Shown piece by piece: positions 49,095 through 63,528 of a DNA stretch of 64,000 bases. The position numbers and the translations under genes were made by a program. Numbering within the stretch: position 1 is the stretch's first letter; the number at the start of each line of letters is the position of its first letter. Source of the stretch: Phoronis australis (lineage: Eukaryota > Animalia > Phoronida); contig NMRA01000421.1 of NCBI GenBank assembly GCA_002633005.1, positions 76,171 to 140,170 of the forward strand. The letters run 5' to 3'. The notes beneath the pieces are model-generated. The model had not been told where the DNA came from, ran no database searches, and saw only the letters and a program-made list of their open reading frames with translations.

Positions 49095-49854
49095 AAATCC
49101 ACCGCTGTTTTTATCAACTTTTTAATGTTTTTAGAAAGTTTAGCCATCGAAGAGATGGTGGAGCTTAACTCCTGTGGGCTTGTTTCAATATTTGAAATAT
49201 GACCTTTGCTCTGAAGCCTTCACAGAAATGAATACTCATGTTTCGTTTAAAAAATCTCAATTTCGTTGGTTTCATGAAAATAAACAGGAATATCTGATGA
49301 GATTTATGAAACACCATTCTTCTGGATTTGTATGCCTGGGCTGTCGATTGTTCGATTGTTTTCACCTGGGGCACATAATACACTCGATCATTGCACCTTT
49401 GGACCCCTCCTCCCGGTCCCCAGCCACTCTCCTACAGCCGCCACCTATTTACCGCGCCTGCAACGCTACTGTGGCACCCAGGAGCAACTGCCCCACATCC
49501 CCGAGCCCACCGGATATGTGTGCCAGGATGTAAGCAAAAGTTTAGAAACATTTTTTCCGACAAGGATTGCAATAATACCCAGGCAGGTGGGCTTGACCGA
49601 AAGAATGACGGGAAAGCAACTAAGGGCGGTGTATACCCGGGTGGGTATAGTAAAACCAAGCACTGCTATATATTAATTGAATGACATAAATATTTGCCAC
49701 TTGAAGAACTAAAAAGGTGGATTTTGCGTGATAAAAGTAAGAATTAATACACCTATTGCTTCATGGGAGATTGGTTTTATTTTTCAGCTATTTAAATTCA
49801 CTTACATGTAACTTGTCAAATAATATTAACGTGGACACGATGGAATATCTACGC

Positions 49855-50460
49855 AGATGATAAAATTTCTATATCCCTTATTAACTTAAACCATGCTGTG
49901 TTATAATAAATCAATTTTCGAACACGTGTTTCCTGACCAACTGAAAATTACAAAGATAGTTCCTGTCTTTAAATGTGATGACCCAACTGTTGGGAAGTTA
50001 TCGTTCTATTTCAATTTTACCTTGTGTTTCCAAGAGTTTTGAAAAAGTTGTTTATACTCAGTCACACATTTACGTTTTGTAAATAGCTTATTTAATTACT
50101 CACAACATGAAATATGGAAAGTAATAACACGCCAGTTGCACTTTTCCTTGATCTTTTAAAGGGTTTCGATCCAATTAATTATTCGCTTGCAAGAGAAGTT
50201 GAAATTTATGGTTGCAATTCATCTTTAGAATCCTTTCGTAATTAACCACCCAATCGTTCTCAGTTTGTTGAAATGTAAAGTGTGAGTTTTGAAAAAGTTG
50301 TTTAACTCAGGTATATACTTAGTTTTTAGAAAACAGTTTATTTAATTCCTCACAATATGGTTTTCGTAATGGGCATTCTACAGAGTTGGTTGAAATTTTA
50401 GATAGAATTGTTAAGAGTATGGAAAATAATAACACACCTTCATTTTTCAAAGGGTTTCAA
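49855..50460 (+). mobile_element. CR1-group LINE reverse transcriptase N-terminal fragment, with internal duplication
   Basis: VFPDQLKITKIVPVFK..D...YRSISILPCVSKSFEKVVY, ALFLDLLKGFD and QYGFRNGHSTE, with stops and frameshifts. Confidence 0.8.
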
Positions 50461-50495
50461 TTCAATTATAAATGTTGCAGATATAGTGCACACTC

Positions 50496-50730
50496 TGAGC
50501 CTCTGGTTCACGTGAGACTTTGCTTAAAAGTGAGCCTCTGGTTCAAGTGTGCCTCTGGTTCAAGTGAGCCTCTGGTTCAAGTGAGCCTTTGGTTCAAGTG
50601 AGCCTCTGGTTCAAGTGAGCCTCTGGTTCAAGTGAGCCTTTGGTTCAAGTGAACCTCTGGTTCAAGTGAGCCTCTGGTTCAAGTGAGTCTCTGGTTCAAG
50701 TGAGACTCTGGTTCAAGTGAGTCTCTGGTT
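50496..50730. repeat. 17-bp minisatellite (GTGAGCCTCTGGTTCAA)n, ~13 copies
   Basis: Tandem units read directly from the sequence. Confidence 0.95.
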
Positions 50731-50789
50731 TAAGACATTATGCATTTCTAAAATTGAAAATTTATTCATGGCTGACGCTATCAAATTAT

Positions 50790-51480
50790 TTATTATTCAA
50801 TCAATCAATAATCATTTATTTCAGTGTCACTTAGCAATTGCTACACAGCCACAGCTTAGGCTTAACAGCCACCATTTCCAAAGACAACGTACAAAAATAG
50901 GCAAGGCATACATGTATACAATTACAAAAAGAAAATCTGACCCACATCCCAAATCATTATTAATTAAGTAGAAAAATATCAACTTTTTTTGCCTGAGAAA
51001 TTCATTATAATCAAAACCGATAACTAATTTAGTGACAATAGTGTTAGTTATCAAGAAAACAAACTGGTCCTGAATTCCTAGCTCACCAAATGAGGGGAAG
51101 ACCAACATGACATTTGCAAATAATTCGGTTCTGAGATCAGTGTAGAGATCGCACGAGCAAAGGAAATGTATTTCATCCTCGCATGAGGAAGTACAAAAGT
51201 CACACAAATGCTCTAAAACCAGAGTAAAATTACCGAAACGGCCAGTTTCCACTTTCAGCGGCCAGACTCCACATCTAAATTGAGAAAAGAGGGAAATCCT
51301 TTCTCTAGAAATGCCCGTGTTTTAATGAAATTTTGTTTGATAATTAGTTTTAAATAATTTATAAGTTCTTAACTTAGGTTTGCTCAAAATTTCACCTCTC
51401 CATTCAGGCTCCGAAAGATTCATCAGTTTCATTTTCGCATTTTGCAGGTCACAAGCTGACCTTTTATTGAGAACATATGT
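50790..51480 (-). mobile_element. LINE ORF2 3' fragment with tail
   Basis: KPKLRTYKLFK...FSQFRCGVWPLKVETGRF...LCDFC...EDEIHFLCSCDLYTDLR, followed by an AATAAA/(TGAT)n tail near 50795-50820. Confidence 0.8.
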
Positions 51481-51482
51481 TG

Positions 51483-51595
51483 ATAAAAACAACGATTCAT
51501 ATAAATTAAGGTGGCCACTGTTTTTGCTTCTGAAGGTGGTGTTTCAATAAACGCCGAAAGCTGTCAAAACGATTTAAATCCATCGTTGTTTTTAT
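51483..51595. repeat. Second, internally deleted copy of the palindromic hammerhead element
   Basis: Ends ATAAAAACAACGAT..ATATAAAT / ATTTAAAT..ATCGTTGTTTTTAT. Contains GTGGCCACTGTTTTTGCTT-CTGAAGG-T-GGTGTTT..AAACGCC-GAAA-GCTG-TC. Confidence 0.7.
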
Positions 51596-54500
51596 TAATA
51601 TAAGCTGCTACTTGATATCATGGAGAAATATTGATATCAAGAGTTATGATGACATTTATATTCTCGTCATATGCTGCAACCATCTTGTCGGACATCTTGA
51701 ATTGTGAAAAGCCAGGCCAGTGTCAAGTCGACACTCGATATCATTCCAACCAGAACATAAATTTTAGTAAAATGCCATAAAAAACATTGTAGGGTTCTAT
51801 GGGAGTTTGAGGTTTTGCCACCAGTCTAAGAATAACGAATATTGCAACAAATGTTTAAGCACCTGAGCGGTAGTGTAGCACTAATCCACAGTTTACGTTG
51901 TCATAAAACATTTTCATAACTTGGTTTATTGGTACGCCCGTTGAATAATTGGTCAAATCGTTTGGATTGCTGTAGTCTCCACATAAGAACATAGTAATAT
52001 TTCTGGTAATTACAAACATTAAATGGATTTTCATATCGGGATAAAGAGTTTAGAGAGAGGATCATTAATTAATATCACATCCATTAAAATATTTGTTACC
52101 AATAAACAACAAGATTATGACAATTGGTGGAAACATTTTTTCCAAAAATGCAATTCAAGGACCTCATAGATGTGATCGTACTAGCCAGTAGTACAAAAAC
52201 AAACTTGATAAAGGCATGCAAAAACCTGTTCATTGGGAAACTGCTCTGATTCGATTAGGATGTTTGTAAATATGTATCCATCCTCGAAGTTGTGAGTTGC
52301 ATTCATGGAAAGAAATGTCCTCCCCTCAAATCCTGTTGTAGGACTAGTCCCAGCATTGGCAGCAAAGTTACGACAGCAAGGGGTAATTAGTGTTCAACCA
52401 AAATATGTTTCAAAAAACTAAAACTTACCTCAACACTGTCCATTCTTTTAGTTTCTTCACTGAAACCAAGCTGAAAGCAGGTTCTTATTACGTTGGAACT
52501 ATTATATGATAAGCCCTGTCAAATTACCTTACAGACTATTTGAATGGCAACAATCCCTACTGTTCACGAGCCACAATATGGTAATTTAAAATAACCAGGA
52601 GTTGAAAACAGACTTGACTCAGGTGTAGAAGACCAATTTTGAAGATAGATAGAATGATACAGATAGTAGCTCCAGTCAGCAATGAACTCCCAAGCATCAG
52701 CCTACTCACATCTCAAATCACTAAACTGGACCTATGCGTAACAAAATGGAACAAAAAGGGAATAGAACCTCTACAGACTTGTTACAATAAATAACAAGGC
52801 TGAGTCTGATTTATAATCTGTGTAGCCGCTGGTTTTGCAGTTGAGATCTATCGAAATATTTTTACATGCCCTCTCTTGCAGTACGGTTCCTGTGAACAAC
52901 CCTTTCCGGTTCTATAGTTACTTCTCGTTTTGTCGTCACGGAAAATTTGATCTTGTTTTTGTTTCATGTTGAAGTGTTACTAGTATCCCCGTACACAAGA
53001 ATAAAAGCCCCAGAGAGAATCACATTCACAGCAAATCTTGTAAAATCAGTTCTGGGATTTTTTCCTAGATCCTAATAACCTATTTGAAACTGTCGTGTGA
53101 CGTCAGAAGCTGTAGAAACTGAGTCATACAAAAGGTGCTTGGTTAAGATTTGCCATTCTCCTGAAGAAACAATTCTACATCTGTATTGGGAATGTTTACT
53201 TGTTCAGCATTGGTTTTTGTCCCTCTTCAGTTAAATATTCTACCGCCTTGTTTGCAGGTGCAGGTGGTCAAAGTTGTTTTTTTGGCTAGGACTTAGGTTT
53301 TGTAGGGTTTGATAATGTTTCTATTTTGTTTGATATACTTGATTAGATTTCATATTGCTGTGCAACTATGTACAGTACTTGTTGGATGAATTGATAAATA
53401 TAGTTTCGATTCAACAAATTACCTGATGTCCTTCTTAGGTTTTCAAAATAGCGTCCCTAAGATTTTAAGTTCCTGTGGAATCGGGATGGAACAGCATATT
53501 AAGTCCAAATCTGCCCTAGATCGTACTCCGTAACACGAACACGCATGTTGTTGTCACGTGATGTTTGTTTTGAAGTTCGTCAGCGTATTGTGTGAGAGAA
53601 CGAGCGCATGCGTGTCATCAGTGTTCATTTGCCAGAGTAAACGCGATGTAATGACCTACTGTTGGTGTGCTTTGTAACAAAGGAAATTAACACCAGCAGT
53701 AAAGCGGAATGTGTTTTATATGCACTAACTGCGAGGCGATACCGAAGCTAGTTTACAGTGAAACAACACGTGTAGTTGAGACAAAAGGTCATATGTATTA
53801 TGACAACCTTAACTACTACAGATATCAGTAATTACAAAGGTTGTATAACATGTTGAACTTGTTGACCTCATCTGCTAAAAACGTTCGAGAATTTTCTCGG
53901 TGAGGCCGATGTCACTGAGTCGTCGGGTAATTGGATGCGTGACAGTCTAACAGTTATTTTGCGGTAGATTTGGGGGGTGTAAGGTGCGGAAATGTTCACT
54001 ACTAGTGGGTCAATTTGACTTTAAAAACACCAGTGACTAATTTAATTTCCCCTTAAAAATTAACGCAAACGTTTTTTACGGTGTCAGAAACTTTCAGAAA
54101 TATGTGCCAGTATTTATTTCTTGCCGATGCTATGCTAGCCGTTTCCGTCATGAATAGATAGTTCTCGAAGACTAATCTTGGTGACAGAATTCTTGAATTT
54201 TTAGTCTTCGATTCGCGGTTTCGATTCCTGTTGACTGGAAGAAGAAGATCTGTAGGCCTACGGGAAAGACACAATACAGTCCCTTTGACAAGTACGCTGT
54301 TCTGAAAGGCCAGACCATAATAAAACACGTCTCTTGCAAGATCAGCAAAACTTGCGTTCTCTAGTTTTGAAGCACGGCGGAAGCTTGAAGTGCATAGTCA
54401 CGGCTAAATACAGGCTTAGCGCACACAATGATTTTTTCAGGACTGTCGAATTTTATTGATAAATTGAAGACGTTACTGTAGACGTTTAGAACTGTAGGTA

Positions 54501-56144
54501 AGGCATTTTTCGCATGTGCATGGCGTTCATGGACTGGATGCTTATTTTACCAAAGTTCTCAAACGCGTGGGGGCGCTTATTAGGGCAAATACGGTAAAGC
54601 TACCCCTGAGTTACGATGAGGAGATATTTTGAGAAATTTGCACCAACACTTGATCACGGCAACTTACACGTAGTAAATAACGGCAACAGCCCACTTTCGC
54701 TCAGTACAGCATCGTTTGAGCATGAATTAGCTACAGACAAAACACGCTTACAAAATTTAATATGCACTTGTTCTATCATGTTGTATTCTTGTAAGCCCCA
54801 ATTTAACATGCACTTTTTCTATCCAGTTGTATTCTTGTAAGCGCCATCTTTCGGCTCCATAAGACAAGGTAGAGTAAACCATTTCATTTAACCAACTGTT
54901 AGTACGCATGCAGACCCTTTGACCCCTTACGAAATTTGAAAGGGTCAGTGGAACCTTTTACGCTCTTGTTGACTTGTGATGTAATACAGCTCAGACAAGA
55001 TATGAAACTGCATGAATTGAAGTGACATAATCAGCCAAGTTTATGAATGCCGTTCAAAGTTAAACTTGCTTTACTTAGACTAGTTTTCAAGATAAGCAAG
55101 TCGTTTCATGAAGGCGGTTTTAAATCAACGTTTAGGTCTGTGTGGTCTTGTAAAATTTGGTTTGCCTCCAGGTTAAAGCAGGTGTAAACACAGATCAAAT
55201 CTCCACGTTGCTGTCTAAAATAAGTAAAACAAGGGTAACAGCTAGTTCGACATGACTCTGAAAGTGGGAAAAAATCGCAGTAAAGTTTTAATTATATTTG
55301 TTCTTTTTAAATATTTTTTTTTAATTTTCAAAAAAAATCCAGTTTTGCCTCGATTTTTTTAAAACGTACCGTTATTATTATTAACCGTTCCCTAAGGTAA
55401 TAATCTAGAACTCACCTGTTACAAAACTATTCAGAAAAATACTCAATATCAAACTGCAGAATCTGTGCATCTCAGCATCGTTAAAGTTTTTAAAATTATA
55501 AAGTATTAGAGCGATGTGTCCTACCTACCACCGCTGGGTCTTGTTTCCTTGTGCTGTGTAATGAATTTCAATCGTAAAGTTACGCCTGCCTAGCCATTTT
55601 AGTTTCAGTTTTTGTATTATGGTTCTTTTTTAGTATAATATAATGTATAACGTATTCGTTCGTTCTTCCTTTGTTGTGCCAAACATGTTAAAGTTTAGGG
55701 TACATCATGCTTAATTTGTAATTCATTTTAGTTTCTCCCATTATTGCCTCAGTAGTTTATATTGTAATATCTAGTTATTTGTCCCTTGCACATGTATGCA
55801 TTTTACATAGATATGTATAATATTTTTGTTGACACTAGAAACAGGTTGTTGTTTCGCTCATGGAGTGAGATAAATTGTTGAAATGGATACTTTATTTTTG
55901 AATAACTAGATATGGGTGGCTTTCCTGCAAGCGGCTCCTCGGCATTTTGAAAGTCTCCTTGCCTTGTTTTCATTTTTGAAAGTAATCAATAACTAGTATG
56001 CATAAAGTCTTAGTAAAACATTAGTTTAGTTGTTAACCTTTGGCTACTAGAAGTCCCACTCATGTCACTTAAAGTTGCGATTAGTAAGTTAGAACGACTT
56101 GTGTAGATGCATCACTATTTGTATTATGAATGGCTAAATAAACT

Positions 56145-56206
56145 ATCTATCTGTCCATCCATCCATCCATCCATCCATCCATCCACCCACCCATCCATCC
56201 ATCCAT
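56145..56206. repeat. (CCAT)n microsatellite
   Basis: Read directly from the sequence. Confidence 0.9.
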
Positions 56207-59200
56207 CGATCTCGATCTGTCGATCTATCTAAACATCTAATTTTCACGTGCCTGTACCGCCAACATTATGGCCAAATTGACTGGAGGATAAGAAAATAGC
56301 ACTTTCAGCGCAAATAGCGTCGCTTGGGTGAGATTGTCAAAAGTTTCGTATCTTGCTTTCTATTAAAATCGTATAATAATATCATGAGTTTTAATTCAGG
56401 GATACATTTGAATCGACACAGTACAATAATTTTGTTATGTTGAACACTGGGTTATTTCTCTAACTGTTTGAGATACGGGCGGCGGCACGTTCAAAAATTC
56501 GCTGAGTTTGGCAGCCTAGTTTCTCCCGCGACAAACGGCGCGCATTCCTAGCACAGAAGCACGGTTTATCTCGAAAAACTTTCTACTCTGACGGCATGTA
56601 GTTGTCCGCGCGGCGTGTCTTGACAACGCGTACGTGTACTCTCATCGCATCATCCAACACCACCCTCGTTGATGCTAAATGTCCTCTCGCAAGACACCAC
56701 AGCTTTCCGACTTCTCGTGCACACGCACGATTTCTGAACGGACTCCTCAAGCTGAGTGTAGTTCCAGATTCGGTTGTCAAACGGAGATTTCTGCGTATCC
56801 AGCGATGACTTCGGTAAGAGTTGGCATACTCAACTTTTTTGCAGACGAACAAACAGGCTCGGGCTCTGAACAGGAATACACCATTTCACCACCAACTTCC
56901 ACATCGTCATAAAAAGAATTTTATTCTAATTCTCACATCAGCTATATCAGCTGGTACAGCAATCCCAATTGCCCGGTTACAGAACATGAATAAATTTTAC
57001 CACTGATAACTCACCATGTCTTCAGACAACAATGTTGTCAATGCAAATGAAGGCACTCCGGTTATCATTTCAACTTTTTGGGTTTTAAAGATGATCATGC
57101 ATTTTCGTCTACTCATGTTCAGCTTATTTTATGAGTACTACCTCAATTTATTTGTCCCCGAACACAACTACATACACCCAGATTTAAAAATAAAAAATTG
57201 GACAATAGGTGAATTTTTGAAATGTGAATAATCACTGTTTTGTTGCTTTGATTTTAAAACTTCTGGTGCTGGTGACCTTGTGCATGCGCAGAAGTGTAGG
57301 GCAACTTAACTCGTGTAGTCAGGTCACATCACTGTTGGGAAGCTAGGGCAAAATTTTGAGAGGGATTGTTAAGCATTGCTCAATGTTTAGGTGTTTTAAA
57401 ATGATGAAGAAATGGAAGTTTTGGAAAGCAATTGAGTGAATTAGAAACCAATAATGGAAACATTCATGAAAAGAAACAGAACCCCATAATCCGCATCATA
57501 GTAAGAAAATGTTCAATATAACAAACAAGTGGAATACAGTTTACTCATTGGAATGTGTGCAAAATATTAAACTAAGCAATCAGAGTGTAGACTGGACTGA
57601 ATTATTTGTAATTTTAAAAACAAGTCAAGAGTGAATAATAGGACCAGGTGTGTAGGTAGGCTAGTACTGGTGTGCAGAATACAATGGCTAATCAATGTCA
57701 TCAAGTTCATTTAACAGAGAGTGCTCTATAGCAACCGGAATCTGTAGAAAACAAGAAATTTTAACAAATGTAAAGAAATGAGAACAAGGTAACAAAGATA
57801 TGGCTGCAGAATGCACTCTCTACCTCTTAATAGATAACTTAAATAGTAAAAAGCAATGGCTTGACATTATTTCAACATTGTTCTTACTGCTACTTGCTAT
57901 CATGGAAATAACTTAAGTGAGAATACATACAAAGAAATTCGTGAAAGAAAACCATGCCAATATTCTAACACAATCATTCCAAAAACCTTACATACCTTCA
58001 CCTACTAATGAGGAAGCAGTGATTGTCAGGAGCTTCTCATCAACTCTGACAATAAAACATCTTTGAAAAACATCAATGGCGCATGCCTGGCCTTCTCTTA
58101 CTTCCTGTTTAGTCCTTATCCTCTCTAAACTGCACCAGATCATTTTTGACCAGTTCTTTCGGGAGTAACATCTGCTTGACAGTCGCAGCTTTTACTTTTT
58201 TCTACCTAGGATAACATTAGAGTCAAACATTACTCAGTGGTAACAGCTATAAGGATCTTTTTACAAATATCAAAAAATGAATGACAAAATACTGCATATT
58301 TTGGCCATTCTGCGGTAATTTAAAATTATTCATGATAGCAAAAAGTATTCCTACAGTAGAATGTGACACATCGTAATTGCAGTTGGAGATAATATAATAT
58401 GGCAAAACAACAGCAAACCACAAACAAAGACATTTTGTTTTCATCAATGAACACCAATGCTTCGAAAATGGCATGTTAATTATTTCTCTTGTTCATGTCT
58501 CATGAGGGGAAACTCACAGATTCCTGGGCTACTCCTAAATCCGCCAGTGAGACTACTTGCTATCATGGTAATTCTCCAGATAGGAAACCCTATCATTATC
58601 TCAATATGGATTAGCCTCCACTCATTCACTAATCACACTGGGCAGGTTTAGAGGGTGAAGAAAGTATCCACCCTACCTCACCTTTATAATTTTTGTAACA
58701 AGTAAAATGGAATAAGTTTGCATTTCCCCTTATAGTTTGCATTTTTCATGGTAACAACGGACAACATTTGTCGAGTGAAATAAGTAAAATATGGAAAATT
58801 GTTAGTTGACACTTAATGACCCCAAGTGCGTAGTGCGAAAGTGGAGGCATAACTGAGAAGCTCAATAACAGGTAATTTTACAACTGCTACGTCAACAAAA
58901 AGTTAACTTTTGATGAACAAAAGGGCAGGCAGTAAACAGTTAATTAGGTTATTGTTTACAATTCGACTCTATTAACGTACATACTTGATACTAATATTTA
59001 CTGAATCCTCTAGCCACGGTGTTTCCAAAAATGTATTACTTGTACCGATTGGTCGCTTCTTATTCATAGTTTCTGAGTTTTCCAAGGCGTTCATTTGCGC
59101 TGATTTACTGAGGCATCAATTTCTAAAAGTGCGAAACATTTCGGCAGGGTTAAATACTGCGCGATATACATGTGTTCAACCGCGCAGCTAAAAGCCGCCG

Positions 59201-60159
59201 TGTTGAGCATCACCGACGCAATTTTAGGAATTAAGACGGCAGTGTTCTCTTTGGTCGCAGTGGTGGATTTGGGGTCGTTATAGGTATCCTACCCTCCTCT
59301 TGGCCGTCAAAAAATGGTGAAATGTCACGTAAAACATTATCATGTTGTTACTTTTCACAGGCTTGTACTCTTGTGTCTGTCTGCATGTGTGTTGGGCAAA
59401 TATATCACAAAATGAAAAATGTTGGTCCACTCATAATGTCCAAGATCCGATATGTTCCCTTATCGGGTTCCTTTGCAACTTTTCGTTTGATTGATAAAAA
59501 CTCCGTTTGGCCTTCATTTTCAAGCATTTCCAAAAGTCGTTTAACTGATTGCAGGGACGGAGCAGACAGTCTGACTGGACCAATGTCTATCCAATCTAGC
59601 TGCTGAAACGTTGATTTCATCCTTCGTTTATTTTCTTTTTTCTACAAAATTAACTTTTTCTCTAATTAGTTGTGTGAGGAAACCTTTTTTCCTTAGGAGA
59701 AAGATGTTCAGGCTTTTTTCGACTTAAGTTATTGGTAACAGACCCATCAGCAAATGTCCGCACTGATTCTACTACTGTGTGTCACTTATACATGTACCCA
59801 TACGATCAAGGTGAGCTACATGTACATGTAATCCAGATTGATAAAATACTATGGTGCTCTGGATACTTTAATTAAACCTGATTTTATTGAAACCCCCCCC
59901 TCTTGGTCTAACAAAACCAGCTTTACAGGTTTTTAAAACATGTTAACAAATTGTAGATTCAGTCTAAAATTACACCTGAACTTGTTAAACCACCTTTCTG
60001 AAATCGGCTGTGTTGGACTACTCGCATAATTCGATTTGTTATAGTTCCGTAATTGTGACGGTCAACAACGCTGATCTGTTGTCATTGCATACGAACACCT
60101 TTCTCAGTTTTGCCATAGTTAAGTGAAGGGTCAACAATGTCACTATGGCATCCAGACAA

Positions 60160-60244
60160 ATATCTTGAATCACTGGGAGTTTCCTCAATGTCTTGAGTCA
60201 CTGGGAATTTCCTCAATATCTTGAATCACTTGGAGTTTCCTCAA
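60160..60244. repeat. ~28-bp tandem repeat, 3 copies
   Basis: TCTTGA(A/G)TCACT(G/T)GGA(G/A)TTTCCTCAA repeated three times. Confidence 0.85.
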
Positions 60245-60889
60245 CTCACAAGCAGCATGTGATCTACCAGGCGCGGATCTACGTAGTTATGGTCATGTTT
60301 CCTGACGAGAGGGGTTAAGGTTGGGTGGCGGAATTGGTGATGACCGGTATGGCAAAATTGGTTGTCGGACTAGGACAAAATGCGCTAATTGGGAAGATGA
60401 AACGTATGATCGCACGCCATACATCTCGTACTTTCGCTTGCCAGCAGATCGTCGCCTGCACAAACCCTCATTTGGCAAGGAGGGCGCTACAATGACACCA
60501 AGGCTACGTTTTGTGGACGCAAGAAACACACGAAATGATATTTCACTCGTTAAATATATTTATGTGAGAATATGGACTCGTCCCTCTTATACCCCCATCT
60601 TTCGGACTGGTCCAATATCGCCCAAGTATTTGCCATTCACAATTAACAAGGAAAACGCAAGTTATGGGAACATTTTACTTTAGGAAACCATAGACCTCCC
60701 CCCCTCCCCCCGCGCTTATGATACGTAACGCCGTTAGAACTGGGTTTAAGCTAGCGAGACATTCTCAGACTGACAAACATGAATCAGTTATTTACATGGG
60801 GGAATTTAATGGGGCATGACCTATAAACGCCGTCGGTTTTAGAGCCAACTTACGCGCATATTTTTCCTTGAGAAATGGTTGATCTATCT

Positions 60890-61023
60890 GCGGCGCAGCA
60901 CTGAAAAAAGCGAGGGGCTAAAGCCAACTCAGCCCCTTGTGGTGCGCCGCCTATAGACCATGTGCGGTGTAGCACAGAAAAAATGGAGGACTATAGCCCG
61001 GCCCCTATGGTGCGCCGCCCATG
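60890..61023. repeat. MITE-like repeat related to 8235-8386
   Basis: GCGGCGCAGCACTGAAAA...TGTGGTGCGCCGCCTATA...GGTGCGCCGCCCATG. Confidence 0.55.
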
Positions 61024-62985
61024 TGATCTTGCCCCTTACGACATGTTTAGTCCGACAATCGGATTTATACAGGATAAAATTTGTAATAACCCGTACGTGA
61101 ACCGGGGTATGGTATCCAGATTTCAAAACTTCTATTATCTGTTCACAAGCAGATGCAGCATAATCACGAAGGTGACATATTCAATGCCACTGACCAATCA
61201 CTGCTGTCCAAACTCTCACGTGTTCGATGAATAGTGCAGACGATTTTCAGCAGCGCAACTGGTGAGCCTGTGAGTAAAAACGTCTTGGCTTGTGTAGTGC
61301 ACGATTTCAAGGTATGACCCTTTATTTGGTATATTTATTTATAAGAATGGGTATTTTAGGACGTTTCTTTGGCAGAAAATTCAGTGTAGGCCTACATGCA
61401 GTTAACAATATTGCCAACATTCAAATGTTCATGTTCGCGTTTTAATCAAGAAAAATGTCGACAAACTGAAGACAGATTCTAAGTTTCTTTGACTTGTTTA
61501 CATCAATTGGTTTTGCTGAATTCATAGGATTTTCAAGCAAAACTTGAACATTATAAACCTTGTTGTGGTGATTCCCCATCTTCATTGGTGTATTTGTTTT
61601 TCCAGAGCAACGGTTTGGCATTTTTGTTCTTTGTTTGGGTTGAATTTGGTTACACTAAATCGCCCGTAAGTCCTGATCACATCTCCATGGTGATCGAAAC
61701 TGGTCCGGCTTGACAAGCAACTTAATTGGGAACCGATTGTCTTGCGAAGCCCACAGGAGATTTTCAGTTTGAGTAACGATCATGATGGGATCAACGTTAT
61801 AACAATAAAGGGTCTAGATCTAAAGTTTAGTAATATGACATATACGTACAAGTAAATTAAACGAATATTTATTTTTAGCGATCCTTTATTATAGTCATTG
61901 TAACCTTAAAAAGTAATTGTTTAACAAGTCGAAACCGAGTAACATGAATGGAGTTTCGAATACAGAAAAGGTCAAAGCCGTATCTTTTATTATTTATTGC
62001 CATTGGGAATGAATTACGTGTATTTTATATTGAGTTACTCTGTCGATAAGCCGAAGCCTTTAAACTGTGTATAGTACACTACCAGCGTTCGAAATACACG
62101 CTGGCTCGGGGCTAGTAACTTTTAAAAGCAACTTGGCAGCCGGGCCAATAAATTTTCTAACTAATTGGCCCGGCGGACCAGCATATTTACTTGCTGAAGT
62201 TCGAATACTGTACACTACATGTACATGTATGATTCAACATAGGGGAGATGATCCTGATATACCTTCAAAACTGAACACCTTCGAAAAAAGACTAAGTTTA
62301 GCACCCCGGCAATTATTGTGAAGTAACAAGCAAAAATAATCATTGAAAATATTTAAATCAAAAATACAACAATACAACGATTAGAGTCAGAAGAAATGAT
62401 TGTCTGCTTTCATTTCAACAGTGTTTGTACTTTGTGTCGGACGTATGTTTATGTGTTAAAACCGACTGTACAGATGACCAAGAGACGCGCTCCTTTAACG
62501 CTAAGTTTGTTTTTTCGCCTATATTTGTGTTATTCATTGCGCTATCAAATTTTGCTGCGTGAGACTCGGTGATGGATAACAAACGTGCTGAACACTTATG
62601 TATGGGCTAGAGGCCCGTACCATCGCACATTCAAAACCCTGCAGACAATCATCGTAGACTACATTATACAAAAGGTCAACATGACCATCCAAAGGCTAGC
62701 GGTACCTAGCTGGCCCTTTTGCGAGAGAGCCTCCAGGCCAGGTTTCAATTTGTACGCAACCAATTACCAGTTTCATCAATGAAAGAACGAAGTCGCGTTA
62801 CTTGCTTGAGCTATTGCTCCACGAGCGCTCAGTTATGTGATGAAATCTTAATCTTTCACTGATACACTGTACGTTTTGATCCAACGCACGCAAAAACAGC
62901 TATGTTGAAAATTGGCCAAAATATAATTTGTTCAAACAAGTGACATTGCGATACTTATTGTCCCGCAGTTTTACAAAACTGTAAA

Positions 62986-63122
62986 TATGTTCATATTCTA
63001 TGTTCATATTCTATGTTCATTTTCTATGTTCATTTTCTATGTTCATTTATTATTCTATATTCATAGTTTATGTTCATATTCTATATTCATACTTCATGTT
63101 CATATTCTATGTCCATATTATA
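62986..63122. repeat. 13-bp minisatellite (TATGTTCATATTC)n, degenerate
   Basis: Read directly from the sequence. Confidence 0.85.
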
Positions 63123-63365
63123 TGTACTCCAAAAGCACTTTGGTATTGAAATTTTGCTAAACTATGTGATAAAAATCCAACACGGAAAGCACCTGTGTAT
63201 GGGATTGTCTGTGACAGTTACGCTTTTAAAGTTCGCAAATGAGCTTCCACGTCGTGTCGTTGCCTCGTGATCATGACGTCATAGACTATACGTGCAAAAT
63301 TCAACTTAAAACAGTCACTTAAATTGTTGAATTGACGTTTGCACGTAAGTAAAATTTAATAAGTA

Positions 63366-63528
63366 CAGTGGCGGATTTAAGAGAGGCCAAGGGGGACATG
63401 GCCCCCACTAAAATTCTCCAAGATTCCATTTAGCAGTACGGGGTTGCGAATGTCTGACGGGCAAAATCCTGCCTGGCTAATACCCTGCTTTCCTCCCCCC
63501 GTAACTCAAAATCCTGGATCCGCCCCTG
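63366..63528. mobile_element. hAT-like MITE remnant
   Basis: Termini CAGTGGCGGATT ... GGATCCGCCCCTG; no clear 8-bp TSD. Confidence 0.5.

Noticed and set aside
56400-57120. Possible ISL2EU/Harbinger transposase remnant (KMITGVPSFAL on the minus strand)
   Set aside because: Single short motif, with no TIR/TSD or catalytic region recognisable.
59322-59620. 71-aa minus-strand ORF with coding-like composition
   Set aside because: No recognisable domain, no convincing splice sites and no neighbouring exons.
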